A stretch of 64,000 nt of DNA from Octopus bimaculoides (taxonomy: Eukaryota). The notes beneath the pieces were generated by a model. It saw only the letters and a program-made list of their open reading frames with translations, had not been told where the DNA came from and made no database searches. The stretch is from NCBI RefSeq assembly GCF_001194135.2, contig NC_068989.1, positions 72,652,788-72,716,787 on the forward strand. The letters are read 5' to 3'. The position numbers and the translations under genes were made by a program. Each line of letters starts with the position of its first letter. The first letter of the stretch is position 1. Shown here piece by piece: positions 1-11,535 of the stretch.

Positions 1-59
<59 letters not shown>

Positions 60-276
60 ATATGTTGTGTATCTGTGTTTGTACCCCCAACATCGCTTGA
101 CAACCGATGCTGGTGTGTTTAGGTCCGCGTAACTTAGCGGTTCGGCAAAAAGAGACCGATAGAATAAGTACTAGGCTTACAAAGAATAAGTCCTGGGGTC
201 GATTTGCTTCGACTAAAGGCGGTGCTCCAGCATGGCCGCAGTCAAATGACTGAAACAAGTAAAAAAATAAAAGAAT
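1..276 (+). mobile_element. SINE family A, 3' half (internal (TA)n(TG)n tract plus 3' body)
   Basis: Nearly the reverse complement of 40597-40850; ends gactgaaacaagtaaaaaaataaaaga as in other copies. Confidence 0.85.
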
Positions 277-589
277 ATATATATAAATTGTATTATACTA
301 GCAATGTATCCCGGCATTGCCGAAATGTTATGACCTACAGCCACATCATTTGCTGTAACATTTTCCCTCCTTTTCTTCTAATGCCCTTCAGCAGTCTCAA
401 TCCCCATATACAACCAGATTTTATATGGGGATTATGCCTCTAATTATGCATCCTATTCCTCTCCAGGACAAAAATCTATAGCTCTCAATTATAGTCCGTC
501 TTATTTCTCGCGCCTGCAATAAAGACTCGAACTCTCCTCTAGCTGAAGTTATCACACTATAATAAATAATAAATGCACCCTTTTAAAGC

Positions 590-820
590 CTAGCTAGGCT
601 CATGGGCCCGGTTTACCGGTTTCAATGGCGTATGTGTTCCCCAGCTGGATGGGACGCCAGTCCATAACAGCGTTACTCATTTTTGTCAGCTGAGTGGACT
701 GGAGCAACGTGAAATGAAGTGTTTTGATCAAGAACACAACGCATCGCCCGGTCCAGGAATCGGAACCACAATCTTACGATCATGATGCTGACACCCTAAC
801 CACTAAGCCACCCGCCTTCA
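590..820 (-). mobile_element. SINE family B (tRNA-type head; body resembles MetaSINE-type domain, from memory)
   Basis: Minus strand begins gtgaaggcgggtggcttagtggttaggg (A-box-like) then gttccgattcc (B-box-like); body has atggactggcgtcccatccag; related pieces at 22490, 25065, 32700. Confidence 0.75.
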
Positions 821-1599
821 CATTTACCCTATAGCTTCAATATTTATTACTCTTATTGGTTCTTACACCTACCTACTAATAACACCGCTAGTACACAAGG
901 CAAATCTTCTGCAGTCATCTAATCTCAATTAGTTTCATAAGCTACACACATCGAAGACCGACACATAGACATTGTAAACAATCTTGATCTCTTTCACACC
1001 TCCAAACTCATCTTCTACTAAAACCATTGCCATTTTCTCACAAGGGACCAAAAGGAACAACTGTAGATTGGGATGTGTGAGTACATAGGGTCTGTGTTAC
1101 GCACTGAGACATCGTATGCTTTTCAGACGACATTATTGCCGTAATTGCACGGTTTATCCCGACTGCCTATCACACACATCTTCATCATACATAGCGACCC
1201 CATCTCAGGGACCCTATTACACTCCAAGTCAAGTGTAGTTAAATTATTTATGACGGCATTATCCCATGTGCTCTTATGTATTTTACAAAAATAGAGTGGG
1301 ATTTTAGAAGGGTTCAGTTGCTCTTTCTAGCTGGTCTGGTGACCACATAGAGCTTTCAGGTTGGGTCATATTTTTCTGATATTAACATTATTGAGTTCAT
1401 TAGTTACTATAAAACTAATAAATCCTCGTTGGTTTCCTTTTATTAAATTAACATGCAAGTGGACGAGTATTTCATCGGCATCCTTACCCTTAACGTAACT
1501 AATTTCTGTTGTAAAACTAATGTGATGCAGTGTATAAGATTGGGCGATTTAACTGTATGTACAATCCATTCGCAAGTTTCCACATTGTTTCACCCACAA

Positions 1600-1715
1600 A
1601 GCTCGACCAGACACGAGAAGTTGTTGAAAAATACATGGGCCTAAGATGTCACATCGCAGAATCGAAACCGGGACTTCATGATTGGGAAGCAAACTTCTAT
1701 AGTACCCGGCTACGT
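1600..1715 (-). mobile_element. SINE family A, diverged 5' fragment
   Basis: Degenerate match to 40990-41100. Confidence 0.5.
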
Positions 1716-2121
1716 CTCATCAAATAAATATCCACAAAGTCGTTCCAATCTACCTAAAACTTAAAAGCAATGTAATCTGTCCGGGATGTATAATTTTTCA
1801 GTGAAACGAAATACACTTGTCCATAACTCAAGTTGATGTATATATTCAAGCAACGAAATGGCAGTGTTGAAAGAACGCTTGAACCGTATTTACTCCAACA
1901 CTTTACGCTCAGTGTTCAAATCCTCTCAAGGTTACATTTTTTATATTTTTTCAAGCTGCTAACTGTTCCTCAAATCCCACCTCACGCTGATTAATGTCGT
2001 CGTAGATAATGTGCTTATACTATGCCTGAAGAAAAGACTGAATCTGATTGAATCTGTAGAAACCTGTAAACAATGGCGCTGTTGTACACAAAACGAAATT
2101 TAAAGAAGATACGTTTATAGA

Positions 2122-2277
2122 GACGCAGGCTTAAACGTGTAGTTAAGAAGCTCAGTTTGCAACCACGTGGTTTAGGGCTTAGTCCCACTACGCCGTAACT
2201 TGGGTGTCTTCTACTATATCTCCGGGTCGACTAATGCATCGTGATTGAATTTGGTAGGCGGAAACAGTGTGAAACCG

Positions 2278-2280
<3 letters not shown>
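2122..2280 (+). mobile_element. SINE family A, diverged 5' half followed by (TA)n
   Basis: caaccacgtggtt...gtcccact...cttgggtgtcttctactata matches the reverse complement of 40945-41105. Confidence 0.7.
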
Positions 2281-2321
<41 letters not shown>

Positions 2322-2929
2322 ACTTGGGGATGGTCATATTGCCAGTTTAGCCAATAAAAACACATGCACTGTATATTTGGTGTTAATTTGCTTCAGTTTT
2401 ATATTACATTACATTACATTAATCCTATTTCGGCACACTTCTATATATATATATGTATATNNNNNNNNNNNNNNNNNNNNNNNNNNNNNNNNNNNNNNNN
2501 NNNNNNNNNNNNNNNNNNNNNNNNNNNNNNNNNNNNNNNNNNNNNNNNNNNNNNNNNNNNNNNNNNNNNNNNNNNNNNNNNNNNNNNNNNNNNNNNNNNN
2601 NNNNNNNNNNNNNNNNNNNNNNNNNNNNNNNNNNNNNNNNNNNNNNNNNNNNNNNNNNNNNNNNNNNNNNNNNNNNNNNNNNNNNNNNNNNNNNNNNNNN
2701 NNNNNNNNNNNNNNNNNNNNNNNNNNNNNNNNNNNNNNNNNNNNNNNNNNNNNNNNNNNNNNNNNNNNNNNNNNNNNNNNNNNNNNNNNNNNNNCTGGTG
2801 TTCTTATTCAAATTAATAAACAATAAATATGAAGATATATGTTTCTTCTCATAATTATTTCAAAATCTCTATATTTTATTTTAAAATATCCAAATTGTAA
2901 TGATAATAGGATTTCGAACTGAAAATCTG

Positions 2930-3420
2930 TCATTCTTGAAGCACCTCCGGGTAAACAATATTCATTGTGTAATTTGTTGTTGGTGTCCAAATGAATAAAT
3001 TGTCGCTGCTTCCAACTCGCCAGCAACTAACATAAAGCTGACCGTGGGAGAAGCATGGAGTACAGAGATCAAATTCAATTACCTTGAGATTTCTTTATTG
3101 AAATACCAAAACTTAGTTTGACTGGAAACTAGAGCCTCTGAAGTTCAAATGTAACATCTGTAGGTATGAGGGGAAATTTTGGAATAAAGACATTTTCTTC
3201 TTTGTGACTAGTTGTTATGATTGTTGCCTGTAAGACATGTGGCTTCATGGAAGTAACATTTAAGCGTGTTCCATTCCACAGGCGAGGTGGGTGAAGATTA
3301 CTAAGCAACATAATGAGAGCATCCAGCTCTGTGTCAAGTTATGCAGTGGCACCCCAGTAGGTTTAAGTGTGTTCAGAAATTCAACAGGGTATTGAACAGC
3401 CTGATCTTGTGGTGGGTTTC
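2930..3420 (-). mobile_element. Helitron RepHel C-terminal PIF1-helicase remnant (frameshifted)
   Basis: Translates as DQAVQYPVEFLNTLKPTGVPLHNL, LLSNLHPPRLWNGTRL..VFIPKFPLIP, DLCTPCFSHGQLYVSCWRVGS and NIVYPEVLQE*, the standard Helitron/PIF1 C-terminal motifs. Confidence 0.9.
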
Positions 3421-3424
3421 TTTA

Positions 3425-3625
3425 AAACAGAAAATCAGAGAGACATCTGTTAGTTTTAGCAAAGACATTGAGAAATCGCTTTAGGAAATAATAGAATAGG
3501 ATAAGCACATAACAGCGAGAACGGCCCTCGACCATTTCTTCAACGCGAAACATGAAGGTTGCATTATCTGAGCTAAAGTTTGTGAGCTGAAACAAAAACT
3601 TAAAACCCATTGGTTGAGCTATATG
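3425..3625 (+). mobile_element. Tx1/L1-clade LINE ORF2 fragment (endonuclease-RT linker)
   Basis: LDHFFNAKHEGCII*AK is homologous to FFDAKHEGCVVRAK in the element at 53080-53400 (minus strand). Confidence 0.7.
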
Positions 3626-3626
3626 T

Positions 3627-4275
3627 CTATATTTTCGTGTATATGTCTATTTTCTTGCCTTCCTTCGTGACTTTTCGTGGGTGAAAAGGGAATGTAACTT
3701 CAATTATATAACATATGTGGTTCACCTTGTCCACCACTACTAGGTCCGGCTTGTTGCGCTCTTGCACCTGGTCTGTTTGGATTGGGAAATTCCCCGGAAT
3801 TTTGCAGGTCACCGACTCCGCCATTCTGCAGTTTGTGCTCATACCACCTCTTTCTTCTCTCTAGCTCCTACTTTTCATATGGTTTCTAATGTAGCACTTT
3901 CGCTACCTCGTCGTGTCATCATAACTTATAATGGTTTTGAGCAAGTCTAGAGCATTCGTTCGCGGTATGGGCAATAGTTTTATCAACTTTGTTATTGATT
4001 CAGCACACTGGAGACACTTGTTAATTCCTAAGGTTAACCTTCCAATTTGTGACCAATGTTAAGTCTTATGCTGCGAGTGTTGTGCCCTCAGTTTCTTAGT
4101 TCAGTGTTCCTTTCTTCCACCAGTCCCACCTATGCTCTCTAGCAACTTCAGTAGTGGCCACACAGAATTGATTGTGTAGTCCCGTGTTGCGTAGTGCTTC
4201 TTCATGTCCTTGTACATCTTGCTTTGTTTTCCCCTTTTTCACTGCTTTCAATACGCCCTCATTCCTAACTGACAG
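3627..4275 (-). mobile_element. RLE-type (R4/Dong-like) LINE C-terminal fragment
   Basis: KIPGNFPIQTDQVQERNKPDLVVVDKVNHICYIIEV is a PD-(D/E)xK restriction-like endonuclease motif; decayed zinc-knuckle region upstream. Confidence 0.8.
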
Positions 4276-4279
4276 CACG

Positions 4280-4962
4280 AAGAAACCGTTCTGCACGCCC
4301 TCGTTCAGTGACTTGTGAGATTATATCGAACAACTGCTGTCATGTGTGGGACGGATCCGTCTGTCGGCCGACTCTGTAGTGATGATTGCACCGCCGCTAT
4401 CCTTCAATCAGGCAGGCAAGGCAGTTTTCCTTTGCCTGGTGGCTGTGGTCAAAGAGTTTCTTTGCTGGACAAGGCTGGAAGGCATGAGGACAGATACATT
4501 TCTCTTTAATAGAGCTCTCAGTGACTTCTTCAAGTTTCACTTGAAATGGAAACTGAGCGTGGAGAGGGAAGTGTTGTCCTCGAGCGAGTTTATTGAACGG
4601 TGGGTGAAAGTTGCGAAAATGGCAAGAGCGGATGGTACTTCTCTATGTGTAGACCTGTGCTTCGGAGAGAAGGAATTGGAGAGGGTACTCGCTCTCGGGG
4701 TTTCAGGGAAATCTCGGACAGTGGGGTTTCTCGATTATCACGAGAGGCCTTCCTGTATCAGGAGGGCCACATATCTATCATCCTCCCCATCACTTTTTTT
4801 TAACCTTTGTATGCTTTTACATATGTCCCTTCTTTGTCAGTGTATACCGTGTATACTTTCTTTCTTTCCTTTCTTTTATCATTTCATTATATTTAAACAC
4901 CCACAGTTTATGTCTGTCTTTGTATTGTCCTCCTTATCTTACGGCGTTAGGGCAAATAAATG

Positions 4963-4965
<3 letters not shown>
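4280..4965 (+). mobile_element. Tx1/L1-clade LINE 3' end (ORF2 C-terminus, 3' UTR, AATAAA, microsatellite tail)
   Basis: ORF 4346-4963 includes AVFLCLVAVVKEF..FKFHLKWKLSVEREVLSSSEFIERW; aaataaatgaa directly precedes (CAT)n(TAT)n. Confidence 0.7.
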
Positions 4966-5026
<61 letters not shown>

Positions 5027-5187
5027 TATTATTATTATTATTATTATTGTCATTATTATTATTATTTTCCGATTGATTTGCATTATATTTCATTTTCCGG
5101 TTGGGTCTCAACTAGAGACCTAAGGCAAGTATACCTTATTATTATTACTACTATTATTATTATTATCATTATTATTATTATTATTAT

Positions 5188-5249
<62 letters not shown>

Positions 5250-5255
5250 TTATTA

Positions 5256-5316
<61 letters not shown>
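4965..5316. repeat. Compound trinucleotide tract (CAT)n/(ATT)n/(ACT)n with a 58-bp non-repetitive insert at 5078-5135
   Basis: Direct reading. Confidence 0.95.
5078..5135 (-). mobile_element. Possible 3' UTR stub of an R4/Dong-like LINE, flanked by (AAT)n on both sides
   Basis: Unique 58 bp inside (ATT)n; minus strand runs gtctctagttgagaccc..gaaaatgaaatataatgcaaat into (AAT)n. Confidence 0.45.
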
Positions 5317-5317
<1 letters not shown>

Positions 5318-5500
5318 TTTGCACAGCTTCTAACGCTAGAGATGTACTATAGTGTCAGCTGTTCACTACCAGTGAACTAAGGTAACACCTCTTATTTTTC
5401 GAGCACCTTCCGGAGTGTTCGAGCGGTTCCAAGCAGTGCTGTTTTCTGCAAGTGCTTCACCGTTATTGTCTGTATATGCTGAAAAGTCCCAAAGAATCGT
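5317..5500 (-). mobile_element. R4/Dong-like LINE 3' end with (AAT)n tail
   Basis: Terminal motif KHLQKTALLGTARTLRKVLEK* (stop 5392-5394), short 3' UTR, then (AAT)n. Confidence 0.85.
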
Positions 5501-5869
5501 TACGTTTTACCTCTCAGTTACAGCCTCGAGGTGATGCTTCTACCATTTATCAGCAGTTTTAATTTTATTATGCCGACGTATTAACCAGTATACATAACGG
5601 CGAGCCCCGTCATGTCTTGATTTATACTCTACTGGTGCTAAGACTTTACATCTAGAGATTATGCGGCCCACTGTTTCAATCTCATCATTGCAGAATCAGC
5701 ACTTTGAGTCTACTCTATTTTCCATCACATTAGAATTAGTATTACCTAATTCTCTAAAATATTATACAACAAACCAACCTCAACAATTAGTTTTAAATTA
5801 TAACAAATATGTATATATCTAAATACATAACAAAAACATTAAATATCATAACACCATTTATATTAAACA

Positions 5870-6640
5870 ATCGGATCAGTAAGCTTTGATCTTGAGCAGC
5901 TAAAATAAAGCCTTCTCTCTCTGCCTTTAGCCCTGAGCTCCGTAGCCTCTGATGAGTATGCTTCTCATTAACATCAGTTTGTTTGCTACGGGCCACATAT
6001 TTGCCATACACATATGCCATTGTTCATGCCCTTTTTTCCTTGCCGTCGATTTCACCTTCTTCGCAACAACAGTTGCACTTCCGTCATGCTGTTCAGCTTA
6101 GGTATCATGCATGAATTCAGTAGCAAATGTTTTTGCTCTCCTTCATGACAGAATGAAGCTTCTTACGCCTCGTGATTTTCAACGTGTTCTAGCATCAAGT
6201 CGTAAGATGTTTCATGATATTTAACTAGGTCAGTTGTGGTGGTTTTGTAAGAGATTTCAAATTGGATCAATCTTCGACCTTCTTGGGCTCCGTGAAGGTA
6301 AAGACGACCCGCGTCTGCCTTTGGGTGGTGCAACCTATTGCAAGTCAGCAGTTTACGAATTTTCCTGTCAATTTTCTTTATTTAATCGTTATTCTAGTCC
6401 ACCACATTGAAGTTATGAATAACACACGGAAGCGCTAACACGTTGTTATGTACACTTAGCCCAGATTTCAGGACTGCCCGAGCTCTTCTGTAACATTCCT
6501 TCCTGATCTCCTCTTTTATGCTTGCATGCTGAATGTCAGAGCCTTCCTTTGTTCCTAGGTGTTTGTAAGTTTGTTCGCTGTTTACTCATCGTGTGGCCGG
6601 ATGTATTCTAGTTTCACTTGCAGTAATTTTTATTTTTGCT
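5870..6640 (-). mobile_element. R4/Dong-like LINE fragment, RT C-terminus/thumb to pre-knuckle region (decayed)
   Basis: EQTYKHLGTKEGSDIQHASIKEEIRKECYRR, IDRKIRKLLTCNRLHHPKADAGRLYL and LRSSGLKAEREGFILAAQDQSL. Confidence 0.85.
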
Positions 6641-7089
6641 AGACGAAACTACATTTATGTAAACCTTCTACAAAATCAGATGGAAATATATTTCTAGTGT
6701 TTCTCTCTCTTGTTTTAAAGGAAAGGAAATTATTGAAATTTATGAATAAAGAAAATTCCAGTTTTTCTTTCGCTAACATATCCGCCAATGAACACTCTCT
6801 TGCCGTGAATTATCTAGAGGAGCAAAAGTCTACTTGGCTAAGCTATGCGATAAAGGGAAGTGGTTCTCTAACTCAGTTTCTTATCGAACAGCATTAGACA
6901 AATGATATATTTTTGCTCAGAAACAAAAGATATAGAAATAACTAATTGCAGTTAGAGAACAAGAACAAACTAATGGTTTTAACAATAACAGCAATAACCT
7001 CAACAACGCGTCCAATGTCTTTCCTACTATTTCAAGCAGGTTAAGTGACCACAAAAAGGCTCCGTCGTATACGAATCAATAGCTTCGTT

Positions 7090-7121
7090 GTTGTTTTTTG
7101 ATTGACTAGTAGTAATAGTAA

Positions 7122-7169
<48 letters not shown>

Positions 7170-7232
7170 AATTGGTAGTGGGAGTGGATAATTGTCGTGT
7201 TAGTAGTGGTGCTGTTAGTAGTAGTGGTTGCA

Positions 7233-7291
<59 letters not shown>

Positions 7292-7294
7292 ATG

Positions 7295-7345
<51 letters not shown>

Positions 7346-7370
7346 GCAGCAGCAGCAGTAATAGTAGTAG
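7090..7370. repeat. (AGT)n ... (ACT)n(AAT)n(AGC)n compound microsatellite, partly self-complementary
   Basis: Direct reading. Confidence 0.95.
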
Positions 7371-7629
7371 TTGTTTTTGTGATGGTGGTGACTGCCCGGT
7401 GTTGATGTTAAGTATAGAGGCTCCTTAAAAATATCTGTCGATCTCTGCCTGCTTGGCTGACTGCATGTCTGTTCGTCTGTTTTTATTTACCAACTCATCT
7501 ATCCGTGCATCCGTCATTCTATCTATCCATCTATATTTCTACGATTTCAACCATCCGTATAAGTATCTACCTGCCTACCTCCTCCCTACCTTTCTCTCTC
7601 ATAGTCTCTCTTCACATTCTCGTTCTCTC

Positions 7630-7634
7630 TCTCC

Positions 7635-7676
<42 letters not shown>

Positions 7677-8043
7677 CATACACACATATACATATAAACA
7701 CGTGCGCTCACACATACATATACACATGCATATACATACATACATACATATATATATATATACGTATACACACACAAACAAACATAGATATGTGTATGTA
7801 TATATACATGCATATACATACATACATACATACATATATACACACACATTTATACAACCATTCATACAGACTTACATACACAGATATATGTGTGTGTGTG
7901 TGTGTGTGTGTGTATGCGTGTCTGTGTGTATATCTATATATATATTCACATATGCTTACATAACCCACATATACACATACATTCACATATATATGCTGCT
8001 GCTGTTACTACTACTACTACCACCACCACCACCACCACCACCT

Positions 8044-8084
<41 letters not shown>

Positions 8085-8085
8085 G
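7630..8085. repeat. (CT)n, (ATAC)n, (TG)n, (CCA)n and (CTA)n microsatellite cluster
   Basis: Direct reading; accounts for the overlapping low-complexity ORFs. Confidence 0.95.
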
Positions 8086-8544
8086 GTTCCATACCACCCG
8101 GCCTTTCCAACACCGATAGCGTGTCTTGTCAGTAGCTGCTGGAAATACGGATTTCGCGCTGGGATTTTCCATCCCATACTTTCGGCGAATCTTGATGGAA
8201 GCGTGTCTCTTCTTATTTAGCTATTATTGCAATTGTTATTGTTTTTGTTAAAATATTTTTATTCTTTTAATTCTTAGTATTTATGTAAGTCACGTTGTTG
8301 TTGTTATTATTATTGCTGCTACCGTCGTTATTCACTTTGTTGTATAACTCCCTCCCATTTTTTTTTAAAATTCCCTTCCCCCAGCTTTTGCATTTGTAAA
8401 AAGTAGTCCCCCCCTCTACCCACTGCACGTTCGTTGTTGTTTGGCTCTTATTATTGTGTTTCAATTGCCGCTGATAGTGTGACACCTTGAGGTCTCTATT
8501 TGATGTTACTATTTTCTTGTTATTTATATTACTACGCTTTTCTT

Positions 8545-8627
8545 TTAGCTCCTGATCATCACTGATCGTTCAGATCAAATGACCAAAGATCTTCCACACC
8601 TGACACACGCCCGTTTTTCTTTCCTTT
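8545..8627 (-). mobile_element. Possible LINE 3' UTR stub next to (AAT)n
   Basis: Minus strand gtgtggaagatctttggtcatttgatctg sits beside the 8628-8676 tract; family assignment from memory. Confidence 0.35.
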
Positions 8628-8676
<49 letters not shown>

Positions 8677-8679
<3 letters not shown>

Positions 8680-9540
8680 ATAGTTTTATTTTTATAACGT
8701 GCTTTCACTTCACTACCGAGCGCAGCTCTGTGCGCCTTGGGTGTGTGCTGTGGTTTGCTGTGGTGCTCTTACGTTTACTGTATTGAAAGTGTTTTGCGTA
8801 GGATGTGTGCAGTACCCAGTAGTGCAATTTTCTGTATGTTATATATATTTGTAAGTCCTGGTGTTTTTGTTATGTATTTGTCTGAATATTTTTTTATTAT
8901 ACCTAAGGCACCTACTANNNNNNNNNNNNNNNNNNNNNNNNNNNNNNNNNNNNNNNNNNNNNNNNNNNNNNNNNNNNNNNNNNNNNNNNNNNNNNNNNNN
9001 NNNNNNNNNNNNNNNNNNNNNNNNNNNNNNNNNNNNNNNNNNNNNNNNNNNNNNNNNNNNNNNNNNNNNNNNNNNNNNNNNNNNNNNNNNNNNNNNNNNN
9101 NNNNNNNNNNNNNNNNNNNNNNNNNNNNNNNNNNNNNNNNNNNNNNNNNNNNNNNNNNNNNATTGATACGTCAATTAGAAAGCATTTTTTTTCTTCATGA
9201 TCTTTGACAACTATATCTGGTCTATTTGCCTTAATTTCTCTATCTGTGTGTATTGGCATATCCCAGAGTATGGTTGCTTTCTCGTTTTCTGTGACCTTTT
9301 CTGGCGTGTGTTTATACCATCTTTTTTCCGTTGTTATTCCATAGTGTTGGCATAGCTTCCAGTGTATATAGGTCCCAGCTCTGTCGTGTCTGTGAATATA
9401 TTCCTTCTTAGCCAGGACTGGGCAGCCAGAGATAATATGATTTATTGTTTCTTGTCCATCTCCACATATTCTACAGTTACTTGTTATATTTCTTTTCATT
9501 ATGTGTTTTTGGTAATTTCTGGTGGGGAGGCTCTGGTCTT
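8677..9540 (-). mobile_element. 5'-truncated R4/Dong-like LINE (CCHC knuckle, RLE, 3' end), interrupted by gap 8918-9161
   Basis: DQSLPTRNY..CRICGDGQETINHIISGC..HRHD..NRPDIVVKDHEEKKCFLIDVS, then VGALGIIKK..IQKIALLGTAHILRKTLSIQ*; (AAT)n on both sides. Confidence 0.92.
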
Positions 9541-9924
9541 TTATTATTATTATTATTATTATCATTATTATTATTATTTTACAAGCATGATAGATCAATG
9601 ACTGCATCACTAGATGCGTGTTTTCTCTTAAAAAAATTAACAGGAAATTCAAAATAAAATAACAAACGCCAGGATTTGAAATGAGGGGAATTTGGTTTTT
9701 AGTGCAGTGCCTCACAACCATTTTTTGTTTTGCCTATGGAATCACTTGACTTCTATTTTACTTGGACGTACCTTCCTAGCCACCTGATGTTTGAAACATC
9801 ATGTTATATCTCTTAAAATTAGATATTATTAGGAATTGTAAAAAAAAACAAAAAAAAAAACATTAGAATAGTTTGTGTATTGTAGACGTAAAACCAATTT
9901 ATTACATTTTATCTTTTAATTGAC

Positions 9925-10260
9925 TCAGTCATTAGACAGCGGCTATGCTGGGGCACCGCCTTGAAGAATTTTTATCTGAATGAATTAAGGAATAATTTTT
10001 GAAGGCCTGGTACTTATTCTATCAGCCTCTTGCCGAAACCCAAGGTTATGGAGAAGTAAACACACCAGCCTCGTTGTTAAGTGGTGATGAGGGACAAACA
10101 TAGACCCAAAGACACACTTTCATAAATACACACACACGCTCTCTCTCTCCCTTATATACACACACATACACGGCGAGCTTCTTTCAGTTTCCGTTTGCCA
10201 AATTCACTCACAAGGCTTTGGTCAGCCTGAGGCTATAATAGAAGACACTTGCTCAAGGTG
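9925..10260 (-). mobile_element. SINE family A, head truncated
   Basis: cagtcattagacagcggctatgctgg..cttattctatc..ctttcagtttccg..actcacaaggctttggtc matches 40597-41040. Confidence 0.8.
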
Positions 10261-10261
10261 C

Positions 10262-10380
10262 AAGTGAGATCGATGGAATAAGTACCAGGCTTAAAATAAA
10301 ATTTGTCGACTAAAAACTCTTGAAGACGGTACCTCAGCATGGCCGCAGTCTAATGACTGAAATAAGTAAAAGATAAAAGA
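10262..10380 (+). mobile_element. SINE family A 3' end, joined back-to-back to the preceding copy
   Basis: gaataagtaccaggctta..cagcatggccgcagtctaatgactgaaataagtaaaaga. Confidence 0.75.
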
Positions 10381-10504
10381 CGCATATGAGTGTGAGCGTG
10401 TGTGCACGTGTGTATAGTTAGACATACACACAAATATATAATACTCTATATGGATTGAGGCCAATCTATAACACCCGCTTCAATGTTTTAGCCCTTTAGT
10501 AGTT

Positions 10505-10612
10505 CTTTAACCATTTTAGTTGAAGAAATCAACCCCAGCACTTATTCTATGTAAGCCTATTACTTATTCTATCGGTCTTTTTTAATGAACCGTTATTGAA
10601 TTATGGGGACGT
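10505..10612 (-). mobile_element. SINE family A 3' fragment, broken at ggggacgt
   Basis: cttattctatgtaagcctattacttattctatcggtc matches 40684-40720. Confidence 0.65.
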
Positions 10613-10850
10613 GAAGGTGTTTATAAGCCATTTAAAAACACACATTCCGTAGGAATTTTGTCTGTGAACAAGTCGCGGTTTCAAAGCGACGAAAATATTT
10701 TGACAAATTAAATTTAAATGCTGAAGTGAATCTAACGGTTTTTTACGTCTTTTTAAATGGCTTATAAACACCTTCCACGCTGCAATTGTTTTCGTTCCAG
10801 CACACGATCTCAGATCAGGTCACTTGCTATGCAAGTATATCTCCGTAATA
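10613..10850. mobile_element. Putative non-autonomous DNA element with a perfect 26-bp inverted repeat and a 3' mini-hairpin (MITE/HINE-like)
   Basis: gaaggtgtttataagccatttaaaaa (10613-10638) is the exact reverse complement of 10750-10775; acttgc-tat-gcaagt hairpin at 10822-10836. Confidence 0.5.
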
Positions 10851-10858
10851 CATATATG

Positions 10859-10891
<33 letters not shown>

Positions 10892-11488
10892 NNNNNNNNN
10901 NNNNNNNNNNNNNNNNNNNNNNNNNNNNNNNNNNNNNNNNNNNNNNNNNNNNNNNNNNNNNNNNNNNNNNNNNNNNNNNNNNNNNNNNNNNNNNNNNNNN
11001 NNNNNNNNNNNNNNNNNNNNNNNNNNNNNNNNNNNNNNNNNNNNNNNNNNNNNNNNNNNNNNNNNNNNNNNNNNNNNNNNNNNNNNNNNNNNNNNNNNNN
11101 NNNNNNNNNNNNNNNNNNNNNNNNNNNNNNNNNNNNNNNNNNNNNNNNNNNNNNNNNNNNNNNNNNNNNNNNNNNNNNNNNNNNNNNNNNNNNNNNNNNN
11201 NNNNNNNNNNNNNNNNNNNNNNNNNNNNNNNNNNNNNNNNNNNNNNNNNNNNNNNNNNNNNNNNNNNNNNNNNNNNNNNNNNNNNNNNNNNNNNNNNNNN
11301 NNNNNNNNNNNNNNNNNNNNNNNNNNNNNNNNNNNNNNNNNNNNNNNNNNNNNNNNNNNNNNNNNNNNNNNNNNNNNNNNNNNNNNNNNNNNNNNNNNNN
11401 NNNNNNNNNNNNNNNNNNNNNNNNNNNNNNNNNNNNNNNNNNNNNNNNNNNNNNNNNNNNNNNNNNNNNNNNNNNNNNNNNNNNNNNN

Positions 11489-11534
<46 letters not shown>

Positions 11535-11535
<1 letters not shown>

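Noticed and set aside
850-1200. Possible ancient LINE remnant
   Set aside because: No motif could be read in any frame.
8090-8101. ccataccaccc, matching the 5' end of 5S rRNA
   Set aside because: Only 11 nt match; the rest of 5S and its internal promoter boxes are absent.
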